A model generated the notes under the pieces. It was not told where the DNA came from. It worked only from the letters and a program-made list of their open reading frames with translations, and ran no database searches. The position numbers were made by a program, and so were the translations under genes. A stretch of DNA of 64,000 bases from Candidatus Eiseniibacteriota bacterium. Its GTDB lineage: Bacteria > Eisenbacteria > RBG-16-71-46. The stretch spans positions 214,427 to 278,426 of the forward strand of contig CAVZLN010000008.1 of the NCBI GenBank assembly GCA_963776245.1, given 5' to 3'. Positions 62,200 to 64,000 of this stretch are shown piece after piece; positions within the stretch are counted from its first letter, which is position 1, and each line of letters starts with the position of its first letter.

Positions 62200-63205
62200 T
62201 CACGTCGCGTCCTCGGTGGCCTGACCCAGCGACGCCAGCGACAGCCCCTCGCGATTCAGGTAGACCAGGCCCACGACGGTGATCGGCAGCCACTGGCTCG
62301 CGAGGTAGAACCACGAGAACGCCGCCGCCGGGCCCGGGGACACCTTGAACAGCGCGAGCCCCGCCACGCACGCCGCATTGAGCGGGCCGACGTAGCCGGG
62401 CGCCGACGGCACCATGATGCCGATGGCTGTGACCACCAGCATGAGCAGCGCGACGTCCCAGCCCGAGCAGGATGTCGAGCGACCACAGGCTCAGCCAGAT
62501 GGCGAACGCGTACACCAGGAACATGCCGAACGAGAGCGACAGCACCACCGCCAGCCGCCGGACGTCGCGGAACAGCCCGAGTCCCTCGATGAACTGGTCC
62601 AGCAGGTGCTGCACCTTGGCGCGCGGGCGGGCGGGCAATGGACGGGTGATCAGCCCGACGAAGCCATGCGCCAGCCGCGGACTGCGCTCGAGCAGGACGA
62701 TGAACACCGTGAGCGTGGCGCTCAGGATGACCAGCAGCAGCGCGCCCTTCTGCAGCAGCTGCGCGGCGGCGGTCTCGGTCGAGATCGGGTGCACGAACAG
62801 CGCGACGCCGAGCAGGGCCAGCAGCGTGAGCATGTCGATGGCCCGCTCCACCACGATGGTGGCGAGCAGCATCGTCTTCGACAGCCCCTCGCGCCGCGCC
62901 AGCGCCCATGGCCGCACGAACTCCCCGAGCCGCAGCGGCAGCACCATGTTCGCCATGAATCCGATCATGGTGGAGCTGAACAGACTGTCGCCGGAGATGC
63001 GCCGCGGCGCGGCGATCAGCAGTCGCCAGCGCATCGCCCTCACCCAGAAGCCGAAGATGGTGAGCGCCATGGTGCCCACGAATCCGAGGTAGTTGGCCTC
63101 GCGCAGGACGTGCATCATCTCGGACAGCGAGACGTGGCGCATGGCCAGCCAGACGCACACGACCGAGACCACCAGCGCGATCAGGATGTTGAGCCATCGC
63201 TTCAC
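62200..63205 (-). CDS. Flippase-like / lysyl-phosphatidylglycerol-synthase-TM-region (UPF0104) family membrane protein; one frameshift near 62450
   Basis: GTG start overlaps the DUF2304 stop (GTGA at 63202-63205). The N-terminus WLNILIALVVSVVCVWLAMRHVSLSEMMHVL is followed by about 8 TM helices. The last roughly 80 aa (IGIMVPSAPGYVGPLNAACVAGLALF...) are in a second frame. Confidence 0.5.
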
Positions 63206-63579
63206 TGGGTCCCCCTGTCCGTGGACGCCGCCCGCAGTTCCTCGAGCTCGCGCCGCACCAGCGCCAATTCGCGGATGGTCTCCGCATGGTCGCGCCCGAT
63301 CCGCGTCAGGCGCACCGAGAGATACAGCAGCATCGTGGTGCCGAAGGCCAGCCCGACCAGGAACACCATGCTGCTCTCGTAGAGGATCCCGAGGGCGTGG
63401 GTCAGGCCGCGCAGGGCGGGGGTCCAGAATCCGAGCACCGCCGCGACGGCGCTCGAGACCATCCACAGGAACGAGTACTCCTCGGCCAGCCGGCGACGTC
63501 GTACCAGCTCGAGCACGACGAGCGCGAGCGCCATCGCGCCGACCGCCGTGATGACCTGGGTCCTCGACAGGAAGTCCAT
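63202..63579 (-). CDS. DUF2304-family small membrane protein (second copy)
   Basis: GGAGGAGGGG ribosome-binding site, then ATG at 63577-63579. Translation MDFLSRTQVITAVGAMALALVVLELVRRRRLAEEYSFLWMVSSAVAAVLGF matches the 39081-39470 protein in architecture and motif (RRKRL/RRRRL...EEYS/EQYSLLW). Confidence 0.6.
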   Translation of the reverse strand: MDFLSRTQVITAVGAMALALVVLELVRRRRLAEEYSFLWMVSSAVAAVLGFWTPALRGLTHALGILYESSMVFLVGLAFGTTMLLYLSVRLTRIGRDHAETIRELALVRRELEELRAASTDRGTQ

Positions 63580-63596
63580 CGGCCCCTCCTCCGCGG

Positions 63597-64000
63597 TCAG
63601 TCGCGCCGCGTCAACAGCGCCATCAGCGATGCGAGCAGGTTCTTGTACGGGTAGTAGAGCTGCTTCCCCAGCGTGTAGAACGATCGTCCGGCGGTCCGCT
63701 CGCGCATCTCCACCGGGACCTCGCACAATCGGAATCCCCGGCGGGCGAGCGCGATCAGCAGCGGCGCGTCCGGGAAGTCCGCCGGGAAGTCGTACTGGCA
63801 GACCTCCATGACCGCGCGCCCGTACGCTCGGAAGCCCGACGTCGTGTCGGCGATCCGGCCGCCCGCCGCGAGACGTACCACCCATGCGAACAGCACCATC
63901 CCCGCGCGGCGCAGCGGCGGCGCATGGTACGCGGTGTGGGCCACGTAGCGCGAGCCGATGCACACGTCGGCCCGGCCGGCGAGCACCGGTTCCGCCACCG
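63597..64000 (-). CDS. GT2 polyprenyl-phosphate glycosyltransferase (DPM1-like), C-terminal part only (gene continues beyond window end)
   Basis: Translation ...CIGSRY...ADTTSGFRAYGRAVME...FPDAPLLIALARRGFRLCEVPVEM matches the conserved DPM1/GtrB C-terminal half. It lies immediately upstream of a DUF2304 gene, the classic pairing. Confidence 0.7.
   Translation of the reverse strand, partial: VAEPVLAGRADVCIGSRYVAHTAYHAPPLRRAGMVLFAWVVRLAAGGRIADTTSGFRAYGRAVMEVCQYDFPADFPDAPLLIALARRGFRLCEVPVEMRERTAGRSFYTLGKQLYYPYKNLLASLMALLTRRD

Noticed and set aside
1-64000. CRISPR arrays, transposases, integrases, phage genes, toxin-antitoxin pairs
   Set aside because: No regularly spaced short repeats and no ORF with transposase (DDE), recombinase or phage signatures were seen. 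The window looks like a core chromosomal biosynthetic region.

Overview
This is a very high-GC (about 70%) bacterial chromosomal segment with tightly packed genes, many translationally coupled by 4-nt ATGA/GTGA stop/start overlaps. I found no CRISPR array, transposase, integrase or other mobile element.

Positions 1-13.3 kb hold mostly housekeeping genes: an FAD oxidoreductase fragment, a large membrane protein, an hbd-ackA fermentation pair, a divergent di-heme cytochrome c peroxidase, fabF, an NfeD/SPFH pair, a tRNA-Gly(GCC) followed by a folE-GT2-FAD oxidoreductase operon, and lysC.

From about 13.3 kb to the window end (64 kb) the sequence is a large glycan and exopolysaccharide biosynthesis super-locus of roughly 50 kb, spread over several operons on both strands. 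Its components are:
- glycogen genes (glgA, a galT-family gene, a GlmU-like nucleotidyltransferase)
- an SPOR-domain lipoprotein
- manC, ugd, and NDP-sugar dehydratase/epimerase/nucleotidyltransferase genes
- a priming polyprenyl-phosphate sugar-phosphate transferase
- at least 8 GT4 and 3 GT2 glycosyltransferases
- 4 DPM1-like polyprenyl-phosphate GT2s, the last one partial
- at least 5 large GT-C-type (GT39/83-like) membrane proteins
- Wzy and two Wzx/MOP flippases
- 2 DUF2304 proteins and an LPG-synthase-TM flippase-like protein
- a DegT aminotransferase
- an AsnB-type amidotransferase
- a PEP-CTERM-locus-type polysaccharide deacetylase
- a FemAB-like protein
- a CapK-like adenylate-forming ligase
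- a hexapeptide acetyltransferase
- a bi-domain oxidoreductase
- a DUF362 protein

The gene content resembles exosortase/PEP-CTERM-associated EPS loci, but no exosortase or PEP-CTERM substrate lies in the window. The unusual concentration of DPM1-like GT2s together with GT-C enzymes points to a periplasmic, polyprenyl-phosphate-sugar-dependent glycosylation system.

At least a dozen conserved genes (folE, lysC, glgA, ugd, degT, a Wzx and others) only read through if one allows compensating frameshifts. These are often at short homopolymers, so they are either consensus indel errors or pseudogenes.
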